DNA of 63,981 bases, filler included, from Octopus bimaculoides (taxonomy: Eukaryota), in the NCBI RefSeq assembly GCF_001194135.2. It is 5 parts of 5 records of this genome, joined end to end, with 100 filler letters (N's around TTAATTAATTAA, not from the genome) between each part and the next. Parts side by side here need not be neighbours in the genome. Positions count along the whole stretch, not along the records: positions 35,890 to 55,649 come from NC_068982.1; 4 more parts are not named here. One strand, given 5' to 3'. Numbering within the stretch: the stretch's first letter is position 1; the number at the start of each line of letters is the position of its first letter. The position numbers were made by a program, and so were the translations under genes. Under the pieces are notes generated by a model. The model saw only the letters and a list, made by a program, of their open reading frames with translations, searched no databases and had not been told where the DNA came from. Positions 38,319 to 50,704 of the stretch are shown one piece after another.

Positions 38319-40207
38319 TGATAATAATGATAATAATAATAATAATAATAATAATGATGCACACCCCACCCCACCAACACAAACGTGCAACAAATGTTGC
38401 AATAGAAATTTGCTTGAAACTACCAGAGGTCGAGAAAGGACGTGTAATCTTCAGTCACCAAGAAAGCGTGAGCGAAACCCACCATGTCATATTGTAATAT
38501 CATCTAGGAAGGTCGTGCTGGATACATACATCCCTAAGCATATGTCTGTGTGCGCGTATGTGTGTATGTGTGTGTTTATGAATAGGCATACTCTGCCGTA
38601 TCTAAGTGATGGCTTTGAAGGAGCTCTTTCTTAGACACGTGATTCCTGACTTTGCTTTTCTAGTGAGACCTATCGTGTCCTATACGTTTCATTGCTGATC
38701 GGTCTTGTGTCAACTCTACAAAAACCCCCGAAACTCACAAATTCCTTTTCTTTTCTCCTGACTTGTGCTATAATGCTTTATGATCCAGTTGCAGCCCTAA
38801 GCACTATGCTTATATTACAAACTCACCCTCCTTGAATCTTCTCTGAATTTATGATCACTAAAATCATGTGATACGCAATTGTTCAAGAACATCAAATATA
38901 TAGATCTTCCCTGTCTCAGAGAAACTCCAACTCCATGGGTACAACTCCTTCTCCTGACTAATCTATTATAAAATTCTGCAATCTTGATAATTAATTGCCT
39001 GTTCATCTTTAATGAGCATGATTTTCTCAAAATCATCTCTTTCTTAAACAGATGCAGTCTGTGTAATCCCTTTTGAACTGTACCCAATAGATTAATAGCA
39101 TTGAAGAGATAAAAACATATACTTATTTACCTGAGGAGAATTTTAAATTAAAACCATGTCACACTTTTAAAGCGACCTTGCTTCGTAAATCGCTTCCCAA
39201 TGCTTTTTTAATTGATCCGATACCGTTTTGTATAATATTTTGTCGACAGAGTACAGCCGATTATATCGACAGTTTGACTATCGTTTTTCTTACGGATGCT
39301 CTATGAAATTCAATATAAAAAATTATAGGATTTATGACCATTTCACTTTTAAATATATTATAATATTTCATATTCTCATCAATGATTCCAAAATCAATAA
39401 GCTTGGCATGTCCCTTTTTTGAAAAGTGGAAGCTTGCAAACGATTCATTGCATTTTAAACTATACCGTTACTTATTGCCGTGAACAACCCTAAAATGTAA
39501 TACATACCTGCTTGTCATCGTATTCTATGTAATGTGCTAGGTACTTAAAATTAGGAGACCTATACTGGATCATTCTAATGATCCTAGTCTTTCAAGCCGT
39601 GATAAGCTCATCATTTTCTCAGGACGATACAATCCATGCTATTTTGTTTGTAATTGGCTGCATCTGATACGATATAGATGAAGCTACATCTACAATTTCC
39701 AGATGTTGAACGAACACGTAAATATTTCATTATGTAGCATAGTGCCATCAACATGATATGAACTGTTTACCATTTACTTAAATTATCATTTTCCTTGTCG
39801 GCCGAAAGCATTCTTATGGCTGACTGTTTGACGATACAGACTTGAAATTTGGCAAGGAAATTTCTTATACAAGTCTTGAGTTCATGGTTAGAATCTCCGT
39901 AGATTTTAGACAGATGAGATCAAATGAAGTTACTGAATATTTTCGCCGAAGTCAATAAGTTTTAGAGTGTTGGTTTTACTGTTATTCTTAACAGGCATGA
40001 TCATGATCATCGAAGCGAGAACTTGCGTGGTGAGAAATACATTTATGTTATAATTTTGTCTCAATGATGGTAACTTGTTTATCTTGTTATATCAAAGAAA
40101 CTAACCTGTTTTCTGCAAAATTATTAAAAATATATTCAAGCACACATTTTATTGAACGTTTCTTTACACCTTTGATGTTTACGGCGCCATGTAGATATAC
40201 ATATATT

Positions 40208-40274
<67 letters not shown>

Positions 40275-42870
40275 ATGTATGTATCTCTCTCTCTGTCTAT
40301 AAATATATATATNNNNNNNNNNNNNNNNNNNNNNNNNNNNNNNNNNNNNNNNNNNNNNNNNNNNNNNNNNNNNNNNNNNNNNNNNNNNNNNNNNNNNNNN
40401 NNNNNNNNNNNNNNNNNNNNNNNNNNNNNNNNNNNNNNNNNNNNNNNNNNNNNNNNNNNNNNNNNNNNNNNNNNNNNNNNNNNNNNNNNNNNNNNNNNNN
40501 NNNNNNNNNNNNNNNNNNNNNNNNNNNNNNNNNNNNNNNNNNNNNNNNNNNNNNNNNNNNNNNNNNNNNNNNNNNNNNNNNNNNNNNNNNNNNNNNNNNN
40601 NNNNNNNNNNNNNNNNNNNNNNNNNNNNNNNNNNNNNNNNNNNNNNNNNNNNNNNNNNNNNNNNNNNNNNNNNNNNNNNNNNNNNNNNNNNNNNNNNNNN
40701 NNNNNNNNNNNNNNNNNNAAAGGGATATAATTTATGTATGAATACATATACATATGTTTACGCATTTATGTATTTCTGAAATGATTTACATTGATGTAAA
40801 ACATTATATATAACGTCTTACTATGGTAGTTTCTTAATTACATCTGTTCTTACTGAGTTTTATACCTCATTCCATCTACAATGGATTTAATCAGTTAGGT
40901 ATGTAAGCAAATCGCCTGATACTTGTGAATATAAATCTAACTGTAGTCCCGGGCACTACATCTGCAAATTTCTCGTTAGTTTGGCAGAGTTACTTTCTTT
41001 ACCTTGTATCTGAAATTAAAGCGATGTCTGCTGGACAACTGATTTATACTACTTTGTACACTTATTGGCATTTGTACTCGGTCATTATACCTGAGTTGAT
41101 GCATATTCAGCTTTCAGCGATTTTCACAAGAACCTTCCAGAAATATTCAACCATAATTTGCGTCAATAAGGCTACATCGCATGTCCAGGACGAAAATTCG
41201 CTTGGGTTGTATTTTATACTTTTTTGGTCGTGTCATCATGTCTCAAAATAGATAGTGACAGAATTAAATTTTCCGACAACTGATTATGATACAAGCTACA
41301 TTTCTCGTTTAAGGCCGCAGAATCAGCATCACTTGTTATCTGTGTATTTTCTCTACACCTCTGTCCATTTTGTGTGTAATTTATTTTGTTCTTCCTGGAT
41401 TGCAAAAGATACTCTTCAACGTGACAACTATTATGCCGTTTATTGTCCGAAAATAGAATAATGACTCATTCTTACAACATATTTTGTTATGCAAATTTTC
41501 TTAGTGTGCTTCTTCGGTCGATAATCAAGGAATGAGTTCTGAGCCAACATCGTTTTTAACTAAAACGATAATATTTGTGTCATGAATGAATATTCGATGC
41601 ATAGCTGCATTTTAAACGTCATGGTTAGTAGTTCTTATCAAAGGGATATAATGNNNNNNNNNNNNNNNNNNNNNNNNNNNNNNNNNNNNNNNNNNNNNNN
41701 NNNNNNNNNNNNNNNNNNNNNNNNNNNNNNNNNNNNNNNNNNNNNNNNNNNNNNNNNNNNNNNNNNNNNNNNNNNNNNNNNNNNNNNNNNNNNNNNNNNN
41801 NNNNNNNNNNNNNNNNNNNNNNNNNNNNNNNNNNNNNNNNNNNNNNNNNNNNNNNNNNNNNNNNNNNNNNNNNNNNNNNNNNNNNNNNNNNNNNNNNNNN
41901 NNNNNNNNNNNNNNNNNNNNNNNNNNNNNNNNNNNNNNNNNNNNNNNNNNNNNNNNNNNNNNNNNNNNNNNNNNNNNNNNNNNNNNNNNNNNNNNNNNNN
42001 NNNNNNNNNNNNNNATAGCTGCATTTTAAACGTCATGGTTAGTAGTTCTTATCAAAGGGATATAATGCAATATTCAAGCGGTGATTGAAATGCTGTTAGT
42101 ACTTTGTTCAGAATTAGGCAGAGGAGGTCAGTATCACATTTCATTTGGACATATCTACTGGAGGCTAATTGTTTTGGAATTTTAACATCCATCAGTAGGA
42201 AAAGCACAGTGTGTAATCGAAAATCCCACCTGCGATAACTCTTATTGCGCGTAGAGAGCTCTAATGATTATATTTGTTTAATCAATGTGTAATATTCCAT
42301 GTTTAAGCGTTCATTATTATAATAAAAGTTTCATCTTTGATATATGATCATCCATTTATATGAGCCAGTGCGATTCCTCAGTAGATAAAGAAGTAATCAG
42401 GTCACTGTTGGGGATATTGCAAAATAGGATTCACTTTTCACTTGTTACAAGTCAGGAATCAAGAATATTTATGTTTGAGAAAATCCTTCCTCTATCACGT
42501 CATGATTCTTTATTTTATTAATTTTATTGCCGTGTATTTTCATATAGTCCTCTACGAACTCATGTGTCTTCAGATCTCCGATGTCGCAGTTTTTTTCTTC
42601 TTTTTTTAAATTTGAATTTACTCTACGAGTTCCTCCTTAACATTCTCTGATTTGTTGCTTGTAAACCTGAAACGACGTTTCAATAAAAGTGACTCTGAAG
42701 GTAAACGTTAACATCGGCTGTTGGATTTTTATAGGTTAAATTATATTATGCGATTGATTGATAGTTACACTGTGAGTAGCGTTTTTTAACGATATTAAAA
42801 TGTGTTATACCAATGTCTGCCAGTTGGGTATATTTCTGCCTTTGTTGTATAGTGAAACTGTATTCCCCTC

Positions 42871-43514
42871 CCGGTAAAAATAATTGTCTCTAATAACGGA
42901 ACACAGTTTGTATCCTGTGTGTTTAGAAGATTCTGTAAGATGTTCACGTTAGAACATAAAACCATAGCACTGTAAAACCCTAGATCAAATGGAAGGACCG
43001 AACGGTTTGGGGACAGCTTTAAGATAATTTTAGAGAAAACTAATAAAGTAGCCACGGAGGAGGTCACGATCCAACAATTCTTCAGGGCATACAGGGTAAA
43101 TCCGAATCCAAATGCGCCAGAAGGAAGTCCACCAGCAGAATTAATGTTTGCCAGAAAAGTGAAGTCAGTATTTGATAAGCTGTTACCAGTGAAGAAAAAA
43201 TACGTACTAGTAAAGACATGCCAAACCTTTTTAGAATCGGTGATAAGGTATATGTAAGAATGTACAAAAATGGCAAGCAATACTGGGAAGAAGGTGAAAT
43301 TGTAACATACATAGGAAGAATGATGTATGGTGTAAGAAGTAGAAATGGAATGGAAAGGAGACATAGAAATCAGCTTAAGGAAAGAGTCATAGAAAAGGAA
43401 CCAACAAGAGTAGAAATACCGATGAATTGGCTATATGACACTTTACAAGTCCCAACATTGTTACAAGAAGTCGAAACGACAGTACAAAGAAAAGGAAGAA
43501 CAATGAATTCTTAA
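42871..43514 (+). pseudogene. Gypsy integrase C-terminal region, disrupted
   Basis: IIVSNNGTQF...AL*NPRSNGRTERFGDSFK...QQFFRAYRVNPNPNAPEGSPPAELMFARKVKSVFDKLLP, then frameshift to FRIGDKVYVRMYKNGKQYWEEGEIV...RRHRNQL. Confidence 0.85.
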
Positions 43515-43544
43515 AAGTAAGTAGACCCTCAGAAGAAAAGATAA

Positions 43545-43608
<64 letters not shown>

Positions 43609-43682
43609 AAGGAGGAGGTGGGGTGAATAAAATTTTTTTATATAATTAAAATAATTAAAAATAAAATAATTAAAAGGGGAGA

Positions 43683-43988
43683 TGTTGCATAGTGAAACTA
43701 TGTGCCACTCCCGGTAAAAAAGTGACAGGACAGCCATTATGAGTAGATCAGCAGCCCGTCGTCAAGAGAGGGTCGAGAGTCGAAGAGTTGAGAGTCGACA
43801 GTTCTAGTCAGTCATGTGGAGCTTTCAGCGATAGTAAGACAGAAGAAGTTAGTGTATTACTATTCCAATACTAAGAGATATTACGATATCCCATGACGAG
43901 TAACTATTGCGGCTACTAGCGTAAAATAACAACTACAGTACAACGGCAGTCACACATCACACAAGTGGAAGGAACCTACTTTACAACA
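43683..43988 (+). repeat. 3' LTR (306 bp, TGTTG...CAACA)
   Basis: Starts directly after the PPT; short inverted termini; start matches 42843-42880. Confidence 0.75.
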
Positions 43989-44285
43989 GTCCCTAATGAT
44001 AAGTTGTTTATAAACGTGTGTCAAGAAAACAGTCCCTAGTAAATTTTCGGTATTAATGCTTCCTGGTGCTTTTCGTATTATGGATTTTTTCTATCACAAA
44101 TTAAAGAGTAACACTCACGGGAGTAATCCTTATCTTCGCGTATGAGCTACAATGACATTTTACATACTGAGCCCTTTATCTCAGAATTCTAACTATTCTT
44201 TTGTAGCAACTCACTTCTTCCTTATTGTTAGGTTTTAAATTTCACATCAAAGCGTTTATTTTGTGGACACTTTCTTTTATTATCT

Positions 44286-44393
44286 CAGACATTGCGCAAA
44301 GATTGATGGTTTTCGTATATGGCAGTAATGGCTTTAAAACCTTCTCCTGAGATACCATACTTCAACAGGTTATGTAACATGGCATTTCTACTG
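44286..44393 (-). mobile_element. LINE reverse-transcriptase fragment
   Basis: SRNAMLHNLLKYGISGEGFKAITAIYENHQSLRNV resembles the LxxYGIxxxxxxxIxxxY segment of RTE/CR1-type RTs. Confidence 0.5.
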
Positions 44394-44559
44394 CTATTAT
44401 TACTATCAGTATCTTCACATATCTCAGATCTATGTTGCTAACATGAATAAATAATTTCTTACACCCAAAGGACAAGACAGGAAGGCCTGTAACAAGCTTC
44501 AAACCGTTTGACATTCAAGTGTTTCCAAGTCTACAGTTCAGGTAATGAAGTATTGCAAG

Positions 44560-44850
44560 TCTTTAGACATCCCCCGAAGACGCCATTTGAGGATTCTTCT
44601 CAATAATACCGAAGTCTATCTCTGAAGAAGGAACTTTATGTTTGCCAGGCTTCTAATAAAGGCTCAAAACATCATAAAGATCATACGAAGACATTCCACC
44701 CATCTCAGCTATTATTGTTCAACAACAGACCATAAAAACTGATATTATATTTTGGAGACATCCTCACTCTGGTAGAAGAGAAAGGCTATTCTTCTACATT
44801 GATGTTATTAGTAGAGACACAACATGAAACTCAGGGACTAGCAAAACTAA
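44560..44850 (+). mobile_element. RTE-clade 3' region, highly degenerate
   Basis: Fragments RHLRILLN and WRHPHSGRRERLFFYIDVISRDT resemble the LxWxPxHGxRxRGRPxxTYIDxxxxDT end of RTE ORFs. Confidence 0.5.
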
Positions 44851-45794
44851 TGAAAACACAGATTTTTAGTGTAGCGCTGTACGTGATATCTCGGTTGCGT
44901 CAGTTGAAGAAGAATATATCATTGTAGGAAGAACGTGACACAGCGCAAGCAAATTGGTTTAATTTACTTAACAGAAAAATAGAGAAAGTTTTTCTCAATA
45001 AGCTAATGTCATATTCTGGGTATTAAAAAGTTGGTTTTTTTCACGCAGTATGAACATCAAGCAAATTGATAGCAAATATTTACTCACTCAGTCTTTTGCA
45101 TTTAAAGTGAACAAATATAATTAAAGTAAAAATTTTAGTTTCACTAATATGCTTCAAAGTGTTCCAAACTCAACTCCCCAAATTACAACTTTCACTCTAC
45201 AATCCCTCCTTATTTCAAACACTCCTCATATGAATACTCTTATACTTCTCTCTTTCACCACACTGTAATTCAAAAGACTTTTGTTCCTTTTAATATGTTT
45301 TTAATATTTTTTTTTACTTTCTAATGTGTTCCTTCCCTCTGTTAATACCACTTCCCATCTCTCCTCGCGTAATATTAACGGCTACCTTACAATTTCGTTC
45401 TCTGTTTAAAAAGCATAACATAAAACGCTTCATTTATCTCGTTCTCAATATTTCAGATAGTAAAAAGCAAAGATCAATTTATAAGAGGACAATAAAAACT
45501 TTGTTCAATGTTTCTAGTAATTTTTGAGATTGGTGAGGAAACTGATGTCGTCATAGTTATTATTTGGAGGAAATTATTTTTCTCAATCTCCACAACGGCT
45601 ATTAAGGTCAGCTGAAATATCCCACAATAAAATGTCCCTTTTCTAAAGGAGCATAGAGAGTAATATATGCTGGAAAAAATTGTGTTAGCCTGGTCGTGAC
45701 GTTTCAACTCTTGCATTTATATTTGAATTTGACAATATGCAACATCAAACTACTCTGCGACTACTTTGTCCAATATAACCCAGCATTCAAATAT

Positions 45795-46030
45795 CACATA
45801 ACACACTACTTCATTTGCACTTCGGAGAATCTTATATATTGCATCATCTGCAAACTCTGTAGTGCTGTTTACATTGGAGATCGCTTTCGCGGACACATCA
45901 GAAGCTGTATAATATATATCTTATATTATATATATTCTATATATATCAAACAATAAGCAACACGGATTTCAAAAGTGATTGCAGTACGCACGTTTCATGC
46001 TACTTCAATTTATTTAAGTAATGTGAGCAT
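45795..46030 (+). mobile_element. Penelope-like GIY-YIG endonuclease remnant
   Basis: HITHYFICTSENLIYCIICKLCSAVYIGDRFRGHIRS (45795-45905) matches the CxSxNxIYCxxCxxCxxxYIG...DRFxxH pattern of Penelope GIY-YIG domains, with the ETxRxL segment deleted. Confidence 0.8.
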
Positions 46031-46050
46031 TACCTTAAATGCAATATGAA

Positions 46051-46217
46051 GAGCAATCTTCAGCTGCACGAAAAAATGTTGAAAAAAAGACATATTACAA
46101 ATGTGGCAACATATTAAAACCAAGTGGGAGAGACTCTCTCCCACTTGGTTTTAATATGTTGCCACATTTGTAATATGTCTTTTTTTCTACATTTTTTCGT
46201 GCAGCTGAAGATTGCTC
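46051..46217. repeat. Near-perfect palindrome: 83-bp arms, 1 mismatch, 1-nt centre (46134)
   Basis: GAGCAATCTTCAGCTG...GGGAGAGA-C-TCTCTCCC...CAGCTGAAGATTGCTC, ending at a gap. Confidence 0.95.
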
Positions 46218-46641
46218 NNNNNNNNNNNNNNNNNNNNNNNNNNNNNNNNNNNNNNNNNNNNNNNNNNNNNNNNNNNNNNNNNNNNNNNNNNNNNNNNNNN
46301 NNNNNNNNNNNNNNNNNNNNNNNNNNNNNNNNNNNNNNNNNNNNNNNNNNNNNNNNNNNNNNNNNNNNNNNNNNNNNNNNNNNNNNNNNNNNNNNNNNNN
46401 NNNNNNNNNNNNNNNNNNNNNNNNNNNNNNNNNNNNNNNNNNNNNNNNNNNNNNNNNNNNNNNNNNNNNNNNNNNNNNNNNNNNNNNNNNNNNNNNNNNN
46501 NNNNNNNNNNNNNNNNNNNNNNNNNNNNNNNNNNNNNNNNNNNNNNNNNNNNNNNNNNNNNNNNNNNNNNNNNNNNNNNNNNNNNNNNNNNNNNNNNNNN
46601 NNNNNNNNNNNNNNNNNNNNNNNNNNNNNNNNNNNNNNNNN

Positions 46642-46683
<42 letters not shown>

Positions 46684-47008
46684 AGAGAGAGATAGAGAGG
46701 ATTACGCATCCAACATTACAATGTAAAAATGTAGTCCGAAATGTAATAACCTAACCAAAAGAATTGATTCCTAAACAATAATCGAAATGTTATAAATTAG
46801 GTACACCTAAAACAGTGATAAGCTGCGCAATATCGTATCAATTCATTCCGAATACATTTTGGATAATTCCCTGTTGTTTTTCGTCATCGGACAATATCTT
46901 CTCCGTTTGAGATCTTTTCTTCAATGACAAAAGAGAGGATCGGTCAAATATTGACGTTCTAATCTACCACAAATATTGAGATGGAATAGAAATGTTCTTG
47001 GCCCTTTT

Positions 47009-47357
47009 TCCCAAACATATGGTTCCGGGTTCAGTCCTACAGCGTGGCAGCTTGTGCAAGTGTCTTCTACTATAACCTTGTGCGTATATTTGGTAGATGG
47101 AAACTGAAAGAAACCCGTCGTATATATATATATATCCGTGTGTGTGTCTGTGTGTGAGTATGTTTGTTTGTCCCCTACCATCGCTTGACAACCGGTGTTT
47201 ATGTGTGCTTACGTCCACACAACTTAGTAGTTCAGCAAAAAAGATCAATATAGTAAGTTCTAGGCTTAAAAATAAAATATAAATTCTAGGATCGATTCAT
47301 TCTACCAAGAAGCCTTCAAGTCGGTGCCCAGCGTGACATCAGTGCAATGCCTGAAAT
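47009..47357 (+). mobile_element. SINE type A, near full length, 5'-truncated
   Basis: Head, internal (TA)(TG) tract and tail are collinear with 52101-52506. Confidence 0.8.
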
Positions 47358-47760
47358 GAGAGAAGCATAAAAAGCAATTAACATATTGGCTCTCTTTGAT
47401 AAAAGACGGATAGCTTTCCTCAGCCAAATGCAACTGAAATATTCGAATACATTTATGTGAAATGTCTAAATCGTCCGACGATTTAAAACTCAGCTTGACT
47501 CAAATTAGTATATAAAATAGTATATAAAATGAAAGCCCTATAATTTATAGATTCAAGTTTCGCTAATTTAGTATCTGTTATATTCGCATAAATCACTAAA
47601 AAGTGCTAGTAAATGTTCGCAATTAGCTCTTCTAAAAAAATATTCTGAAGATAACTGACAAAAAATGAAACAATTCGACATATAAAAATAATTGTGATGA
47701 TTCTATGTGTTTCACAATGAGGCAGATACTTGGTACAATTATATTATCTTCTGTTCCAGT

Positions 47761-48133
47761 GGTTGGTACTCCGTCGCTTACGACGTCGACGGTTTCAGTT
47801 GATCCGATCAACGGAACAACCTGCTCGTGAAATTAACGTGCAAGTGGATGAGCACTCCACAGACACGTGTACCCTTAACGTAGTTCTCGAGGATATTCAG
47901 CGTGACACAGAGTGACAAGGCTGGTCCGTTTGAATTACAGGCACAACAGAAACAGGAAGTAAGAGTGAGAGAAAGTTGTGGTGAAAGAGCACAGCAGTGT
48001 TCGTCACCGGAGCCTCGTGGAGCTTTAGATGTTTTCGCTAAATAAACACTCACAACGCCCGGTCTGGGAATCGAAACCGCGATCCTATGACCGCGAGTCC
48101 GCTGACCTAAGCACTGGACCATTGCGCCTCCAC
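47761..48133 (-). mobile_element. Full-length tRNA-derived SINE type C with TSD
   Basis: A box TGGTCCAGTGC, B box GTTTCGATTCCC; 11-bp TSD TCTG(T/C)TCCAGT at 47750-47760 and 48134-48144. Confidence 0.9.
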
Positions 48134-49329
48134 TCTGCTCCAGTAAAACACTAGCATTTAATATACATATTTCGTACAGTCCGTGAAATTCCTAAGCTTT
48201 GCCTCTTCCTCCTAAATTATTTAGAGAAAAAAAAACATTATCGATTTTATTAGAATTCCTTGGCTGTAGTTTCAAATCTCTATCATAACGCTATCTCCAA
48301 TACATTAGAAATGTCATATAATCGGCCATCTTATTTCATAAACCTTTAGGGTATAGCCTAACAATATTTATTAGTCGTATAAAATTACTAATCTACAATC
48401 TCTGCCACTAAACTTTGGCTGTAGACACATTTATTATTAGGACAACCATATTTTGTAATGTGAATTACTTGATTTAGTTGAATATCTGCCATTCTAGTCT
48501 CATATGTCTTTCTTTATGAAATCTGCAAACATTTCAGCTTATTTAATTTAATCAAAATGTCTATTCCAGGCTGAAGCGTCTTCACCATTTTGCTTTTAAA
48601 TACATCATGTAAAAGCTCTGTGTATACTGCATGGTTAAATGAATTTGCTTAGGATAAGAGAGAACAGCATATGATGTTTTCATACAAAGGTATATCTCTT
48701 TGTTTACAAGGATATTCACATTTACATATGTATATATCCATGCCTCTTTTTCTCTCTCTCTCTTTCTTTCTTTCACTCTATCTCTCTATGTACACATATA
48801 TTGGGGTAGGGAGAGCGTGAATGTATAAATACATATATATGCACACACACACACACACACATATACATATATGCATACATATATATATATTTCCATATAT
48901 ATATATACATATATTTTCATGTATATGCGCATACACAGCTACATATGCCCATGTATTCACCTTGAATCTATATATATATATATATATATNNNNNNNNNNN
49001 NNNNNNNNNNNNNNNNNNNNNNNNNNNNNNNNNNNNNNNNNNNNNNNNNNNNNNNNNNNNNNNNNNNNNNNNNNNNNNNNNNNNNNNNNNNNNNNNNNNN
49101 NNNNNNNNNNNNNNNNNNNNNNNNNNNNNNNNNNNNNNNNNNNNNNNNNNNNNNNNNNNNNNNNNNNNNNNNNNNNNNNNNNNNNNNNNNNNNNNNNNNN
49201 NNNNNNNTATATATATGTATATATATATAAAATCTGATCTGTATTAATTAAGATTACTCTGTCAGCTTATGTTAATAAAAACAAATACGTGATACGATAT
49301 TGATACGATCGTTATAATAAGATACTTTA

Positions 49330-49467
49330 TTGCATTGTAACATCGTACAGGCAGATATGTATGAAGTGCAACATCTATATAATACTGGCAAAACATACTG
49401 TTAGGTTTGGCAGTATGTATACATGTTGCACTCCGTACATTGCTGTCTGTACGATGTTACAATGCAA
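49330..49467. repeat. Imperfect 138-nt fold-back (about 63-bp stem, short loop)
   Basis: Outer 25 bp pair with one G-T; manual pairing of the whole stem gives about 6 mismatches, 3 G-T pairs and 1 bulge. Confidence 0.9.
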
Positions 49468-49890
49468 GACAACCTGTTAACGAAACGATTTCAGAGATAC
49501 GTCTAATCCATTCGTTTGTTTTCAACGTTATTTTACTTTACACTGAAATTCACTTCAACTTTGGATATTGTGGGATGCTGTGGATAAATAAACTTATTGG
49601 ATCGTTTACCGGTTGTGTTGTGTTTTACTGCATAGCCATTAATTAATTGTATTTCACTGTGATAGGCCCAGACCTTAATTGATCATATACATGCTGTGTA
49701 GGGAGCGGCATATTAAAGAATAAACTCAACATTTCTTCTGCGTGTCATAAAATGCGACTAAAAGAAGTTGTAGTAGGATTTTGACCCCCACCCCCACCTC
49801 AAACCTCGAAAACGCTTCCCCAGCAGCCACTGCCTAAACATACCCATAAGCCGGACGTTTGTTACCTGAGTGGTGCAAAGGTGTCGTCTT

Positions 49891-50111
49891 ATTTCTTTAT
49901 TGCCGACAAGGGGCTAAACATAGAGGGGACAAAGGGATTAAATCGATTACATCTACCCCAGTGCATAACTGGTACTTATTTAATCAACCCCGACAAAGAT
50001 GAAAGGCTAAGTCGACCTTGGCGGAATTTGAACTCAGAACGTAGCGGCAGGCGAATTACCGCTAAGCATTTCGCCCGGCGTGCTAACGATTCTGCCAGCT
50101 CGCCGCCTTCT
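49891..50111 (-). mobile_element. Full-length SINE type B with 12-bp TSD
   Basis: A box TGGCAGAATCG, B box GTTCAAATTCC; TSD AGGTGTCGTCTT at 49879-49890 and 50112-50123. Confidence 0.95.
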
Positions 50112-50704
50112 AGGTGTCGTCTTCTAAGAGTAGGGAATGTGCGACAAACGGAAGATGCAGAGACGCACTATTACAGCGCATGACCCAATACCACTACTAC
50201 TGCCACCACCATCACCACCACCACCACTATTACTACCACCAGTACCACTACCGCAACTATTACTACTACTACCACCAACACTACTACCGCCACAATAACA
50301 ACACAACACCAACACCCCCACTACTACTACTACTGCTGCTGCCGCTGCTCTCATTGATTATGATCAGGGCATAGTATATAGACGTTCATCTAAATTTTAA
50401 TGATTCATTACTTACGCACACTAATGTAAGCGTGTTAAATTCGTGTAGATATAGAAATAGTTATAAACATACAATTCAGTATATTTCCTGATATATTGTC
50501 ATTTTACAAAATTCATATCCATACTAATTAGTATCATACACTTAATTAATACTTACGTACTAGGTTGACATAGGAAACTATTTATCTTTTATAGCCCTTT
50601 TTTCTCTTTTATTACATTTCACTAATTGTAGATGTTTCTGACTTGAAATATCGTTTCCTTGAAGTATTAAAAGGTTAATACTTTTTGTGGTGCATCTCGT
50701 AGTG

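Larger units (their letters stand above)
42843..43988 (+). mobile_element. Internally deleted Gypsy-type LTR retrotransposon
   Basis: First 38 bp of an LTR (42843-42880) fused to the integrase 3' half; PPT AAAAGGGGAGA at 43672-43682; complete 3' LTR 43683-43988. Confidence 0.8.

Noticed and set aside
38815-39087. 90-aa minus-strand ORF with an SDH motif suggesting a LINE endonuclease
   Set aside because: Only one short motif; other APE motifs not recognisable, so too weak to list as a feature.
41600-42067. Identical 53-bp sequence on both sides of gap 41654-42015
   Set aside because: Typical overlap of adjacent contig ends; cannot be called a real duplication without reads.
42440-42675. Protein-like minus-strand stretch NCDIGDLKTHEFVEDYMKIHGNKINKIKNHDVIEEGF after an acceptor-like site
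   Set aside because: All three frames from the acceptor close within about 16 codons and no family was recognised.
42795-43364. 189-aa minus-strand ORF
   Set aside because: Antisense shadow of the Gypsy integrase remnant.
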